DNA from: Sphagnum compactum
Lineage: Eukaryota
DNA length: 64,000 bases
Direction of reading: 5' to 3'
Assembly: GCA_965153455.1 (NCBI GenBank)
Contig: OZ234493.1
Coordinates: 30,494,213-30,558,212, forward strand
The notes under the pieces are model-generated. The model did not search any database and was not told the origin of the DNA. It saw nothing but the letters and a program-made list of their open reading frames with translations. The translations under genes and the position numbers were made by a program. Position 1 is the first letter of the stretch. Each line of letters opens with the position of its first letter. Shown here in pieces: positions 40,450 to 52,470 of the stretch.

Positions 40450-41270
40450 GGAGATGTTTGACCCCCATTTATGGCATTATAAACTCATTATCATCATATG
40501 TTTCATTTCAATGGAACATGAAAAATTTGTTCAAACCTTGCAGCTCTCAAATTCTATTTTCAAATTATGTGAATCTTGCACTTTTGGAAAAGTCTCATCA
40601 CCCACCATATCATGTTCAAGCTTGTCGAACATTGTCATGTAAATAGACTTAGTGTTTCTATTCATACAAATGTTTATATGGTCTTACATGGTCATTCTTT
40701 TTATGAACTTTTTTTTTTCTTTTGCAAATTATCAATATGCCTTATACCTTATCTTCTACATTGAGGACAAGTTTTAATTATTTTGCTACTTTCACATTAA
40801 GTGTGTTGTCTTGTTCAAATTATTCACAATAATCATGGCATTGCAAAAACATTGGCACTAAATCTCAATTTAATCTATTCACCAAAGGTATTAAACATAA
40901 TCTATTTGCACCTTATATACACATGAGAAAAATGTTGTTAATGAATGTCATATATTTGTACTTGATAATGTGCATATTGTAATATTTTCCACATTATTGA
41001 TCTTAACTTCACATTTTGGGTTGAAACTATTCAAGTCTCATACTAGAATGTTATGGTTTAATTGAACCGTTCTCATATTCAATTTTTTAATGGTCTTACC
41101 TTCTACAAGATTGGTATTAACATCACACCTTTCTTAGTCTTTTTTTAATCTTTGGTTATGTTGTTTACTTTCATATATCAAGGATCTTTGTACAAAGCTT
41201 GATGCAAATAGATGTAAATTTTCATTTCTTGGCTATTATGATGCTTTAGAAAAGCTTATCCTCTTTGAAA
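40450..41270 (+). pseudogene. Eroded Ty1/Copia GAG-pre-integrase and integrase remnant
   Basis: Motifs occur in Copia order across broken frames: HLWHYKL (cf. LWHxRLGH), LCESCTFGK (CxxC), IHTNV, GIKH..., FWVETIQ (cf. FWAEA), LNRS, IFGYVVYFHI (cf. FGCxAYxHI), KLDAN, FLGY, KAY. Confidence 0.7.
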
Positions 41271-41900
41271 TATTCCCATTGTTGGCCTTCATGCTTAATA
41301 CATTCTTAACATTGTAGGATCACATACTGAAAACATAAATGATCTTTTAACTTTGTTAGAATTCTCACAAAATTTACATAAGTATTAATATTAATCAAAT
41401 AATTTTGAAATGAACAAATAAATTTTTATCTTGAATTTGGATTTTATGCTAACATATAAAGGAGGAATTTAGTCTATGAAAGATAAAATGGAAAATTTTA
41501 TTGCCTCATTTTCTTACTTGAATTTAAATAACATGAAGTAATGACAAAACCCATCATAAAAAAATGTACATTGAATGTTTTTACTTGAATGATGAAAGAT
41601 TAGATAATTTTTCATTATTGTGTATAATTTTAGATTTCACATTACATAAAAATAGGTTCTAGTAAATAGAAAGTACAATTTTTTATATAGTCTTGTTTTG
41701 AGTTCATACAATTTGATCTTTATATCCTAAATTTGTATAAGTATATTTCATTAAATAAAGTTGAATGTGCAAGTATGAATTTTGCATCCAATAAATGAGA
41801 ATATTTTTTGTCTACCTGCAAAACTTATTTGGTTCTAATTTTTTGAAAGTAGATGTTTATAATGTAATAGACAAGAAAAAATGGGTTTTCTATTGTATTT

Positions 41901-42720
41901 TGTCGCAACCCCACTTTGTCCAAGTGTGGGGGTGAAGCCCAACACTTGGAAAAGTTGGAGGTTTGGAGTCCTCCGGGACTCCCGAATGTTCAGAGCTCGA
42001 CAGCAAGGCCCAAAACACCTCGCATTGGGGTGTTCTTAGTGTCATTGGAAAGGTCTTGAAACGTAGATATCGAAAATGGCCTTGCATTGGTCATTTGGGC
42101 TCCTGCAGCCCAAGTTATGGGCAAAAGAAGGGCCGGGAGTCAAACTGGCAATTTGACTCCCGACCACTAAAAGTCGGGAATCGACCTCTTCCCGACATCC
42201 GATTTGAGAGTGCGACATGGCGTTGGAAAGATCTCGACGAAGGCTACAACTTCGGTTCAGACCTCATGGCGATCGGACTCTGCAGTCGGGAGTTATGGCC
42301 GTTCAAAGTTCCGGGAGTCCAGCCGGGACAATTTCGGGACTCCATTTCGGGAGTCCCAACAAAATGTGCCATTTGGATGTAGCCTCCACGGCGAGCTGCA
42401 GAGATAACTATAAGGGGGAAGGTGGTGGTTTCCCCCGAGTCCGGGCCGTGGTGAGTCTTGTGTGTCCAAGTGCCCGTGGCAAGTCCCAACACCAAAAGGT
42501 GTCCCGAATGCTAAACTAACCTCCCGTGATTGGTTTTTGGATGCATATTCAAGCTTGATCATCTAGTCCCTCTTCCTAGTCTAATCCCGGGGCTTCCAAC
42601 TCGACCCTTTACCCCTTTCTAGAGTTGGAAGTCGGGAGCGTGCCTTTTGGTCCCAACTTTCCGCAACTTCACATTGGTGAACCCTCAAGTGGGTTCACCC
42701 CGGGACCAAGGAGCGCGTCA
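41901..42720. mobile_element. Solo LTR (820 bp) of an LTR retrotransposon
   Basis: Starts TGTCGC and ends GCGTCA (TG...CA, imperfect inverted ends). Flanked by a perfect 5-bp direct repeat TATTT (41896-41900 and 42721-42725). GC- and CpG-rich, with sharp boundaries against AT-rich flanks. Confidence 0.9.
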
Positions 42721-45700
42721 TATTTTCACCCATTTCAATGCTACTTTATTATTTTCATATGGAAAATAGATATATATTTGTATTAATATTTTTTTGGTTT
42801 GCTTTACCATGGTTGCTCTCAATTAGAAAAGAAGAGTTTAAGTATTCCTTTGAATGAAAAGTAATTTATGATGTAGTGAATAATTTCATTTATGAAGTTA
42901 CAAATTATTCTTATGGTTTCTTATCACATATAAATAGTTCCATGGGAAAACTATATGCCCATAGTAATGACCATATTAGATCAATGTGTATCATTTACTG
43001 TGAAATTTTTTCACCTCCATTGTTTGTGATGTCAATTTCATATGTTTTGCAAAAAATTGCAAACATTTTTTTCATCCACCTTTTAAACCTCCCAATGGTA
43101 CACCAAGATCCTCTTTTCCAAACATGAAATTTTTATCTTTGTGGATGTTCTATTACTTCAACCAAAATGGAACTTATTGACCTTTCAACCTCCATATGAG
43201 TTTTTGCAAATTTAGAATTTGAAGCAAAGGAAAAAGTTACAACTATTTCAGCAATTTTTTCGATTAAAAACAATATTGTTTGTTAGTTTACCAAAAAAAC
43301 ACTTTTTTTTGAATGTTTGTGTTAACAAAACCTAAGATGCCAAAGGTCCCAAGGGTCTCCCTTTTTGAATTGTGATCACATTCTTTTGACAATGAATTTC
43401 TACAAGTTTCAAAAGATCCAAACTTGTCATTAATTTTAACTCAAATTGTCATAGTGGGGTTGGCCTATTACCATAGGACCTTTTCATGTACTTAGCTACT
43501 AAATGATAATTATTTTATTTTCAAAATCCATTATGGTGGCGAAAAAATCATTTATGAAAGTTTGGCAATAAATATAGGTAACTTCTTTGGATTTTAAACC
43601 TATATAACAAAATGAGGCCTTTTGGAACAACTTTTTTTTTTTTTTTTTGCAAATGTGAGGAAAAATGATGCTCCATCAAATTATAGGATAGAGAAAACTT
43701 GTCAATTATTGGATATTTGCATTACAATGGTGGATTGTTTGAAGCAAGAAACTTTTAATTGGTTTCCACCTTTTGTATTTGCCCTCCCTTGATGTTGTTG
43801 CATGTGCATGGCATTGTTGTTCTTCTTTTCGTTCTTCCTTCAATGTTGTCAATTCCTCCTCAAGGTTAACTATTTTTTTCACCTTTAGGTTTTAACAATG
43901 GATTTAATTACCTTCACTTGTGAAACTTGCATTTTCAACTCTTGTTTTTTTGTTTTGACTTCCATAACTCTCTTTTCAAGTTCTACATCTATAACATTCT
44001 TTTTCTTTCTGACCCCCCTTCAAAGATTTTCTTCTTCAACTTTACCCACACCTACCTATGTAAAACATTACATTTACAACCCTCGAACCCTAATCATTAT
44101 GAAGAAGGATGTCAAGTGTGTGAGCTTAACTCTATGGTTAAGTCCCAATTAGTTAGGGATAAATTAAGTTAACTTAGTTAAATGGGTTTTATTAGAAATT
44201 AGTTCAGATATGAATGAGATTTGAAACATTTTTTTGATGGCATATAATCCTAAGTTATGTGATTCCAAATCACTTTTGATGATTTTTATTCATTCTATTA
44301 TTGTATGCAAATTTTTATGTGTTTTCTGCACAATGTTAATTTTTGCATTTTTGGTGATTCAAAATGGTCATTCACTTACATTGAAAACAAGAAACCAAGC
44401 CCAACACTTGAATTGGTTGGATTTTGTGTACCATTCATGGTATTTATATGTTATGTGTTATATGTGTGGTGATAGTGATGGTTGTAGGTGCTAACATAGG
44501 AACGCACAACAACAATAATGTTAGGTTGTGGGCAAACTTATCTTTGGGTGGACCCACTAAGAGCATCACACCCCAAATTTTTGAGACCCATTCAAATTTA
44601 GGACAACATCGGAATCACATAAAGAAAGTTTTTCATTCCAAATTATTTATCAAAAGATTACCCAAGTCATGTAGAATTCAAAACCATAATTAAATTTTTA
44701 AAAAATAGTGTTTTGATGTGAAAAATGAATGCATAAGAAAAAAGTTTGAAGAATGTAACACAAGGGATTTCTTTTGGTTAAAAACACAAAAATAATATAT
44801 TTATTTGGGAATTTATTTGGATATTAATTTTTAATAATACTGCAAATGCCAACCTACTTGATGTTTTTTTATAGATAATTGATTGAATCAATTTTCATTT
44901 AGTTATGAATTTTTGAAGTCAAGATCGTGAAGTACTAAAGGGCCATTGATGTCAAGAACACAAATGATAACTATTTTCACCTTTTGTTATTTTAATGATA
45001 GTTTGGGTCATTCCCTTGTGCATGTATTAAATAAGCAAGAAAAAATATCTAATGTGTAAATGTAAAAACATTTAAAAGAAAGGAGTCAGGTATGGTTCAA
45101 GAATCAAAATATCAATGCATATTATAGGTTTTTAATTGGGTGTTCATTTTTTTTCACGAGTGTGTGCATAGGTGAGGAAAACATAACCCACTTAGTCCAA
45201 TCAAATAAATCAATGTACAGTAGATGAAATTTTATTTATTAAATTGGGTCCAACTTTCTTACGATTTTTGGCAAGGTGGTTCCTAGTGGGTCCACCCAAG
45301 GATATTTCGTTCTTGTGTGATAAATTTAACCACCATAAAAAATTGGCCCAATTCCAATTTTTTTGGCATTCAAAGGTAATAACTTTTTAAAATTTTAGCA
45401 TTTCAATAAACAACATTTTTTTGACATTTTCAAAAATAATTTAATTATTGTTAAACTTGAAAAGGTATTACAATAATAACTTTCACCAACCGATGTGCAT
45501 CTTGTGGAGGGCCTCTCCCATCCTTAAGACAAATAAAAGCATGAAAACACAAACCACTAAAGAACATAACGATCAAGAGGCCAATAATACGCAAATAAAA
45601 TAATCAAAATGTCTCCCCCTCTCAAGCACAAATACCTTCTTTTTACAAGAAATCTCAATGATTATTCAAAAGATAACAACATGGTCAATCCTATGTCAAA

Positions 45701-47757
45701 CAATTGTAACGAGATTGGCCACCTCTCAACATTAACACTTGTGAACCATCCTCCCATTTCAAATTGTAATCTCTTCCTTTTGACATATATGGTCAAACAT
45801 CTCTTTCCTATTTAAAGTAGGCAATGGTTTTAGCACCTTCTTGGACAACATGACGCTAGGGTTTTTGTCCTTCCACTTTCCCCCTTTACTTCTTCCCCTT
45901 GTTTTGCTGTTTTTATTGCAATAAAGTTTGGCAAGTCTTCATCAACATCATTGTCACAAATGTGACAATTTTTTTAATAACTTATGTCAACACTTTCTTT
46001 GTCAACATGTGATACTATTCTTATCAAGATGCCAACAACACCTATTCTTTAGACCTCTCCACAATCCCAAGTATTATATTATACACAAGTCAAATGCTAG
46101 TGAATACCATTCTCTCGAGAGTTCGTGATTCTAACACCTATTTTAGTCATTGACCTCATACAAGTATGTTTTACTTGTGATAATAAAGCAACTTGCTAAA
46201 CAATTGATTTCCAACAAACCCAACATAAAACATGAGCCCCAAAACCATCCAACATAACAAGCCCTCAAAATTGGTAGATTGGGGTAGTTACTTAGATAGA
46301 GAGGATTTTATTTTGATTGAACAAATGATCTCTAAATTGTCAATGGACGTCGTTTATCACTTATGACCTTTACTATCATTACTTAGACATGAATTTCCAA
46401 GAAGATCCATTATCAAATGAAAAATTAACTTGATTAATTATATTTATTTTAATTAATTAATTAGTTAGAGACCTTGCCTGCGAAACTAAGCTAGGTCCTA
46501 TGGTAAGTAGGAAGTACAGAAAGATTTTCCTCCATCTCCAACACATCACCCCAAAAGCAATAGAGATATACGGAAAAGTCACCCTCTGTTTCACCCCTTT
46601 CTCTCCTCTGCTTTCGGCCCCTATCCCCTCTTTCAGTTGTATCCACAAAGTAAGGAAATTTTATTAAATCTGGGTATAAAATGCTGAAACTCAGCATTTA
46701 ATGCACAAGGTTCGAAAGTAATTATAGTAGTTGTATAGGTAGGAGCAATGAAAATATATGTAGCAACAAGCAAGCAGTGGAGACACTCATGAAAAAGGAA
46801 ACACAGGATGAAACTCAATTTACCACCAAAAACTAGTTTGGGTCCCAGTTATTTTTTGCTTTTGTAAGTTTTTTTAAAAATTCCCAGTTGCGTGTTTGAT
46901 GCCCTATTAATGCGGTAACTGGCCGTTCCCGTCTCCTAATCGCCTGACTTTACAGATAACTCTATTACATATCTAGTGTGCAGTGGAGTAGACGCAGGGA
47001 CTCTTAAAAAAGTATGTGACAAGCAGCAGCTCTGGTGGGCATTTGGCAGCTTTAAAATTTTGCCAACTCCAATGTCGTCGTCGTCATCTGGTGAGGCAAA
47101 ATTCAACACCTAAATTTATCTCCCAAGTCAAGTCTCCTCGTCTGCACGCATTGATGTGTTGTTGGATTTGCTGCTCAATCACACCCCAACAAACAACATA
47201 TTGACTACTGGTAAATAGCCTAGCCTAGTAGTGATTTTGCTCACCAAAAGTTTCGCCAAAAAACTGAATTTTCATACTGAAAAAATCGCCCAAAATCACC
47301 TCAAAATTTTGCCTACAATATGAATGAGAAAGGGTGCTTAAGGTTTTCTACTTTCGTCTTTTGAATATTTCCAAATTAGGCTAAATATACATACACATCA
47401 TGATGGATGGCCACTTGTGTAACATCACAAAATTTTAAATTTTAGAAAATAAAATAAAATTGGGTAAATACCATACATGCCAACAACCTGTACTTACTAG
47501 TGTTTCTTGTTTTCAATTTTGTAGTGATGTCATCACACTGCTGATCATCCATCCACAAGGAGATTTAGTCAATTTTGGCTAATAGAACAGATATGAAAGT
47601 ACAGCATATAAAGTCCAGAAAGTATATTTAGCCAAATTTCGTAGCCACACTTCATTTCATTTTGGTCCTACATTGTGGGTCGCCAAATTATTATTATTTT
47701 TCTTTTTTTTATCCCAAATCCAAAACAACACTCCAGAGCCCAGAGTCCCACCACTGT

Positions 47758-47822
47758 GCTCTCTCTCTCTCTCTCTCTGTGAGTGTGTGTGTGTGTCTCT
47801 CTCTCCCTGTCTCTGTGTCTCT
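47758..47822. repeat. Compound (CT)n/(GT)n microsatellite upstream of the PQQ-fold gene
   Basis: CTCTCT... followed by GTGTGT... and further CT repeats, about 280 bp before the predicted ATG. Confidence 0.85.
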
Positions 47823-48098
47823 GTGCAGCGATGGTACATTGACGGAGAATTTACGTTGCAATGGGTTTTTTCTCACTGATTTGCGACAAATGGTTTCAAC
47901 CGTGGAGCAGTAAATTGTAAGCTTTTCTAGCTGTTGTGGAGAATGATTCTCTAGTGAGAGTTTAGAGACCTCTGTGATCGTATGTAAGCGGAAGGCATCG
48001 GACCCTGCAGTCAGTTAGAACTCCTCTTTGGCACTCGGCACTCTAGCTGCTGCTGCTGCTGCTGGGGCATTCATCAGACTCCATCGAAACATCAAGTG

Positions 48099-50926
48099 AT
48101 GAGGAGGAGACGTCTGCCACTGGATTCTACATATGATGTGAGGCGCTGCACGGAAATTCTAGCTTTTGTGCTGATTTCATCAGCTGCGACTGCGCTCAAT
48201 TCAGCACAGGTACTCACCAGATCATGCTCTTGAACTATTCTCGAGATCCCACCTAGCTCTACTATTACTACTGCTACTACCCATCTGGAGGTTTTGTGTT
48301 TTGGGTCTTGATCCGGCTTCTGAACAAAAAAGAAAAAAATTCTGGTCGGATCTCACGGTTCTTAGGTGATGAACTCGTGCCGATTGGAACTGAGATGTTT
48401 GGATTTGTGTATCTGACTCGCACGACCAGGGAATCCCCATCATTGCTCCATGGCCGAACCATGGGGGCGGTCTCGCGAATCGAAGGGAAGCTCCTATTAG
48501 CAGCATAATCAGCAAGGAGACAATCTCATCGCTTGCCGTGAAGTGGAGCTTCAACGTCAGCAACCAGATTACAGCAACCCCAGCAATTGCAGACGGGACA
48601 ATCTACTTCCCGACTTGGACCGATGGAAACGTCTATGCCGTGAATGCGGCTACGGGATACATTGTCTGGACTACCAATGTGTCGGAGGCGACGGGTCGGA
48701 GTGGGATTTTCTCCCGATCAACCCCAACAGTCGCTGATGAATATCTTATCATTGGAGTGTATGCACCCGGCCTCATCATTGCGCTTTTCCGTGGGAATGG
48801 TTCTGTGGCATGGACGCAGATTGTGGAAGAAAGCCCTTATGCCCAGATCACCATGTCCGGAACCGCATACAACGGGTGCGTGAACTCCCACCCAGAATCC
48901 GATCGGTTCTTGTCAGTGCCCAGATATATGCCGCTAGCGAAAGAAGAAGAATTCGCTAAAGCAAGGGACTTTGTGCTGCAAACCTCAAGAATTAATCATC
49001 ATGTGTTTTCTATGCGATTTGCAGATCGTTTTTTGTTGGTGTTTCATCGAATGAGGAGCAGCAGTATGCAAACAAATGCTGCACATTTCGGGGGAGTTTT
49101 CTGAAGATGGAAGCTCACACCGGAACCATCTTGTGGAAACAATACATGGTTCCTGACAACCACGGAGAGGTCGGGTTCTACAGCGGGGCTGCAGTCTGGG
49201 GGAGCTCACCTGCCATTGACATAGCTCACAACACGATCTACATCGCCACTGGTAACGACTACTCCGTGCCGCCTGAGATCACAGCGTGCCAAGCCCAACA
49301 CAACAACTCAGTACTCCCTGACCCTTGCTTCAAACCCGGCGACTTGCAAGAATCCGTGGTGGCTTTAGATCTCGACACTGGGGAGATCCAGTGGTCGACT
49401 CATTTGGGAAGTTTCGATGTGTATGTGAACGATTGTCATCATACTCCGCATCCCTATTGTCCTCCGCTTGCCGGCAACGATTACGACTTCGGAGAATGCC
49501 CAATGTTGCTATCCATACCAGCTCTGACTGCAGATGGAGAAGAAACCATAAGAGAAGTCTTGGCGCTCGGTCAGAAGAGTGGTGTGGTGTGGATGCTTGA
49601 CCGACTCAATGGGTCCGTGATTTGGGCCACTGTACGTATTCTCTTTTCACTATACTCCTTTTCTCAATCTCCTCGTACTTAGGGTCTCTTCCCATTAGGT
49701 TGCTGGGATCGCAGTACGATACACACATTGTGCTGTACGTAGGATCTCTTTCCATAATTAGGATGCCTGTGATGTCAGTGGCTTGTCATTAGGCTGCTAT
49801 GATCACAGTTATACACAGTGTGTGGTACTTCGGGTCCCTTATCCCTTTGCTGCAGGATAGTCGCTTTCCACGGGAGACCTGCAATTTGCATTGAAAATAT
49901 GTAATTAATCATGTTAGGAACTCTGGGAACACATGTTTTCATGAAAAATTTGACAAAATGTCACCGTATGATGAATCACAATTTTACCCACAGATCTCAG
50001 AGCTCCTGCAATCGGTCAATTCTTAACCTGTGCTCACATCTCTCACAGCTCCTACAATTGGTCAATGCTTGATGACCAATAGAGAAGTGACTGTGAGCAC
50101 AGCTGGTTGGAAAAACATAAAGAAAAGCTGCTGTTGATAGAGCAGCCGAATGGCAAGATGTCCTAATTCACACTCATGTTTGGAGGAACATCACAAACTC
50201 CAGCAACTGGTAAAGGTTCAGGGTTTTAGGGTTTACCTCGCCCTCCAGTTCTAGCAACATCACAATTGATCACCCAAGTTTCAAAACACCGGAAGAAAGG
50301 CCAGTCTAGAAGAAGAAGATGATGCAAAGAATCATGCAATCGACAAAAGGTGTACAGTATTCTGTAATGCAGTAGTCTGTAATGCAGCTGCTCTTGCTTG
50401 CTTGCTTGCTTGCTTGCTTGCGGATTGATGGACTGATGAAATTGGGTGCCTTGTTTTTTTTGGGAAGGCGGCGGGACCAGGAGGGTCTGCGGGAGGAGCT
50501 ACGTGGGGATCAGCAACAGACGGGATCAGAATCTACACCAACATCGTGAACAGCAAGAACCTCAACTTCACGCTGCGGCCGTCGTCGGAGGTCACCAACG
50601 GAGGAGCTTGGGTAGCCATGAACGCTTCCACCGGCGACGTTCTTTGGTCTACAGCCGTGCCCGGTGGATATTACGCTCACGGACCGGTGAGTATTAGCAA
50701 CGGCGTGGTTCTGGTTGGGTCTGCCGGGCCACCCGGGGGAGTGTATGGGCTGGATGCCGACACCGGGTCCGTGTTGTGGTCTGCGCCCACCGTCGGATCC
50801 GTGTACAGCGGATTCTCCGTTGATGACTATTGTGGGTACATAGGATCAGGTGTGAACGCGAATGCCGTAGGCAAGAATACAACGGGTGGACAAACCATTT
50901 ACGCCTTTTGTCCCTCAATAAAATAA
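48099..50926 (+). CDS. Quinoprotein alcohol dehydrogenase-like (PQQ-repeat) beta-propeller protein, plant 'polyvinyl alcohol dehydrogenase-like', probably secreted; 4 exons, 540 aa
   Basis: Exons 48099-48209, 48430-48875, 49025-49631, 50468-50926 (1623 nt, GT-AG, phases consistent). Exon 1 encodes a hydrophobic signal-like stretch (ILAFVLISSAATALNSAQ). Family motifs WPNHGGGLANRR, ITATPAIADG, SRSTP, ITMSGT, VGVSSNEE...CCTFRGS, YSGAAVWGSSPAID, DYDFGECPML, GQKSGVVW, GPGGSAGGATWGSATDG, plus repeated Trp-docking motifs (AVNAATGYIVW, ALDLDTGEIQW, AMNASTGDVLW, GLDADTGSVLW). The start codon is the least certain part. Confidence 0.9.
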
Positions 50927-51679
50927 AATAATTTTTAACAAAATCCACCAATCCGGATCCATACACCCACCCTCCCTCCCTCCCCTCCCCTCCCTCCCTC
51001 CCTCAATGTTTTAATACCAAGCTTTTTTTTTAATTATTTAAAATTATTTTACCTTGCATTATGTTAATATGGATGTGTCACTAGTTCATTAGGAATTTCA
51101 ATAATCATTTAAATCACCACCTTTTTCTTTTTTTAATCGATTTAATTTTTCATTCCTTTCCTTAATTTTGATGTGTTCTAAATATGGATGGATGTTGATG
51201 AATCCTTTTCTCTCCAAAAGCTAACCGTTTTAGCTCAGTGTTTTTTTTGGGGTTTTTTTTTGTGTCAAAATTATTGCGAAATTTAACAATTAAAATTAGC
51301 AAAATTAGTCGAATTTACATTGGCATTTTTTTATTAAAAAATCCCAATTTCTTTGTAAAAAAATGGCAAATTTTTGTCAGAATGTTTTTTAAAAACTCTC
51401 TAAATTTAGCTTAGTTGAATCAGGAGCTTAATTACCCAAGTACAGGGGGCAGCTTCAAAGATGTCTGCCAAATTTATAAAAAATAAAAAAAAAGATTCTT
51501 CATTTTTCATTCAGAAAATTTGTTCTTTGAAAAATGTAAAAATATCACCTTTCAAAAATCCTAATATAAAAATAGACCTATTATTATTACCTAGTAGGGG
51601 CCAAAATCCTTATTAAGCTACTGAACTCTATAATGAATGTAAACACAACAATATCCTTGCCTTGGTAGGCAAGGCCAAT

Positions 51680-51685
<6 letters not shown>

Positions 51686-51716
<31 letters not shown>
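51686..51716. repeat. (TA)n microsatellite
   Basis: Uninterrupted TA run. Confidence 0.9.
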
Positions 51717-51717
<1 letters not shown>

Positions 51718-51871
51718 TATAAGTATATATCTAAATTGTGAGAAACTTTAAGAGAAAGGAACTCTTGAATTATTATTGAACCAAATCATAATCACTATAT
51801 TGAATCTTAACAATTGAGTTTTTGGCAGTAATGAAGTTCTTGAGGATATCAATCTTCCTTCTCTTTCCCTG

Positions 51872-52023
51872 CACTATTACAAAATGTGGGTGCAGTTCAC
51901 TAGTCCCTGTTCACTAGATCGATGAATTCACAACTTCTTCACTGGTCCCCATTCACTACAACCAGTGAATTCACTCAAAATCCACTGAAATCACTTGGCG
52001 TACAAGGATACATTTTGTTGTAG
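51872..52023. mobile_element. Miniature CACTA-type element, second copy (terminal TG missing)
   Basis: Near-identical to 53477-53630. Begins CACTATTACAAAATGT, ends ACATTTTGTTGTAG, and is flanked by CTG on both sides. Confidence 0.82.
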
Positions 52024-52470
52024 CTGTCATGTGACCATTTTTGTGGTTTGAAGTCAGTGGTTCCTGGTGGCAAATTAGTACCAATGCAACAAGTGTAGAT
52101 TTGTTAATAATTCCAGTGATGAGAGGATTTCTGATGAGCTAGCTGCATTGGCGCTGCTTCTTCTTCTTCTTCTTGGTCTCCTACACCATGTCCCATCTGC
52201 ACAGACCCACAACACCCAATGCAGCTTTCAGCTCCCGGCGGCTATGCTACACTTGTAGACAAAGCCTACATATTATGTTCTCTGCAAAATTAGTCTCTGG
52301 CAAGTTGCTGTCTGTCAAAAGCTATAACCTGTACTGATCTAAAACGTTGCCATTCAGTGTTAGCTAAAATCAACTCCTTGGCAATGAGTTTTTATTGTAT
52401 ATATAAATAGCAGTTTCAATCGGTCTCTCCTCTCATGTTTTGCTATAACATCAGTTAGCTGCAACAACAA

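Noticed and set aside
41890-42562. Cluster of overlapping ORFs (65-139 aa)
   Set aside because: They lie inside the solo LTR on both strands with no recognisable domain, as expected for GC-rich sequence.
45600-45930. Copia PPT plus LTR
   Set aside because: The PPT-like GAGAGGGGGAGA is on the minus strand while the TATA/polyA-like signals are on the plus strand; no TG...CA ends or TSD.
50073-50100. miR156/miR535-like sequence (TGAC...GTGAGCAC)
   Set aside because: Only the ends match; the middle is about 8 nt too long and differs from the mature miRNA. A MITE-type inverted repeat explains it better.
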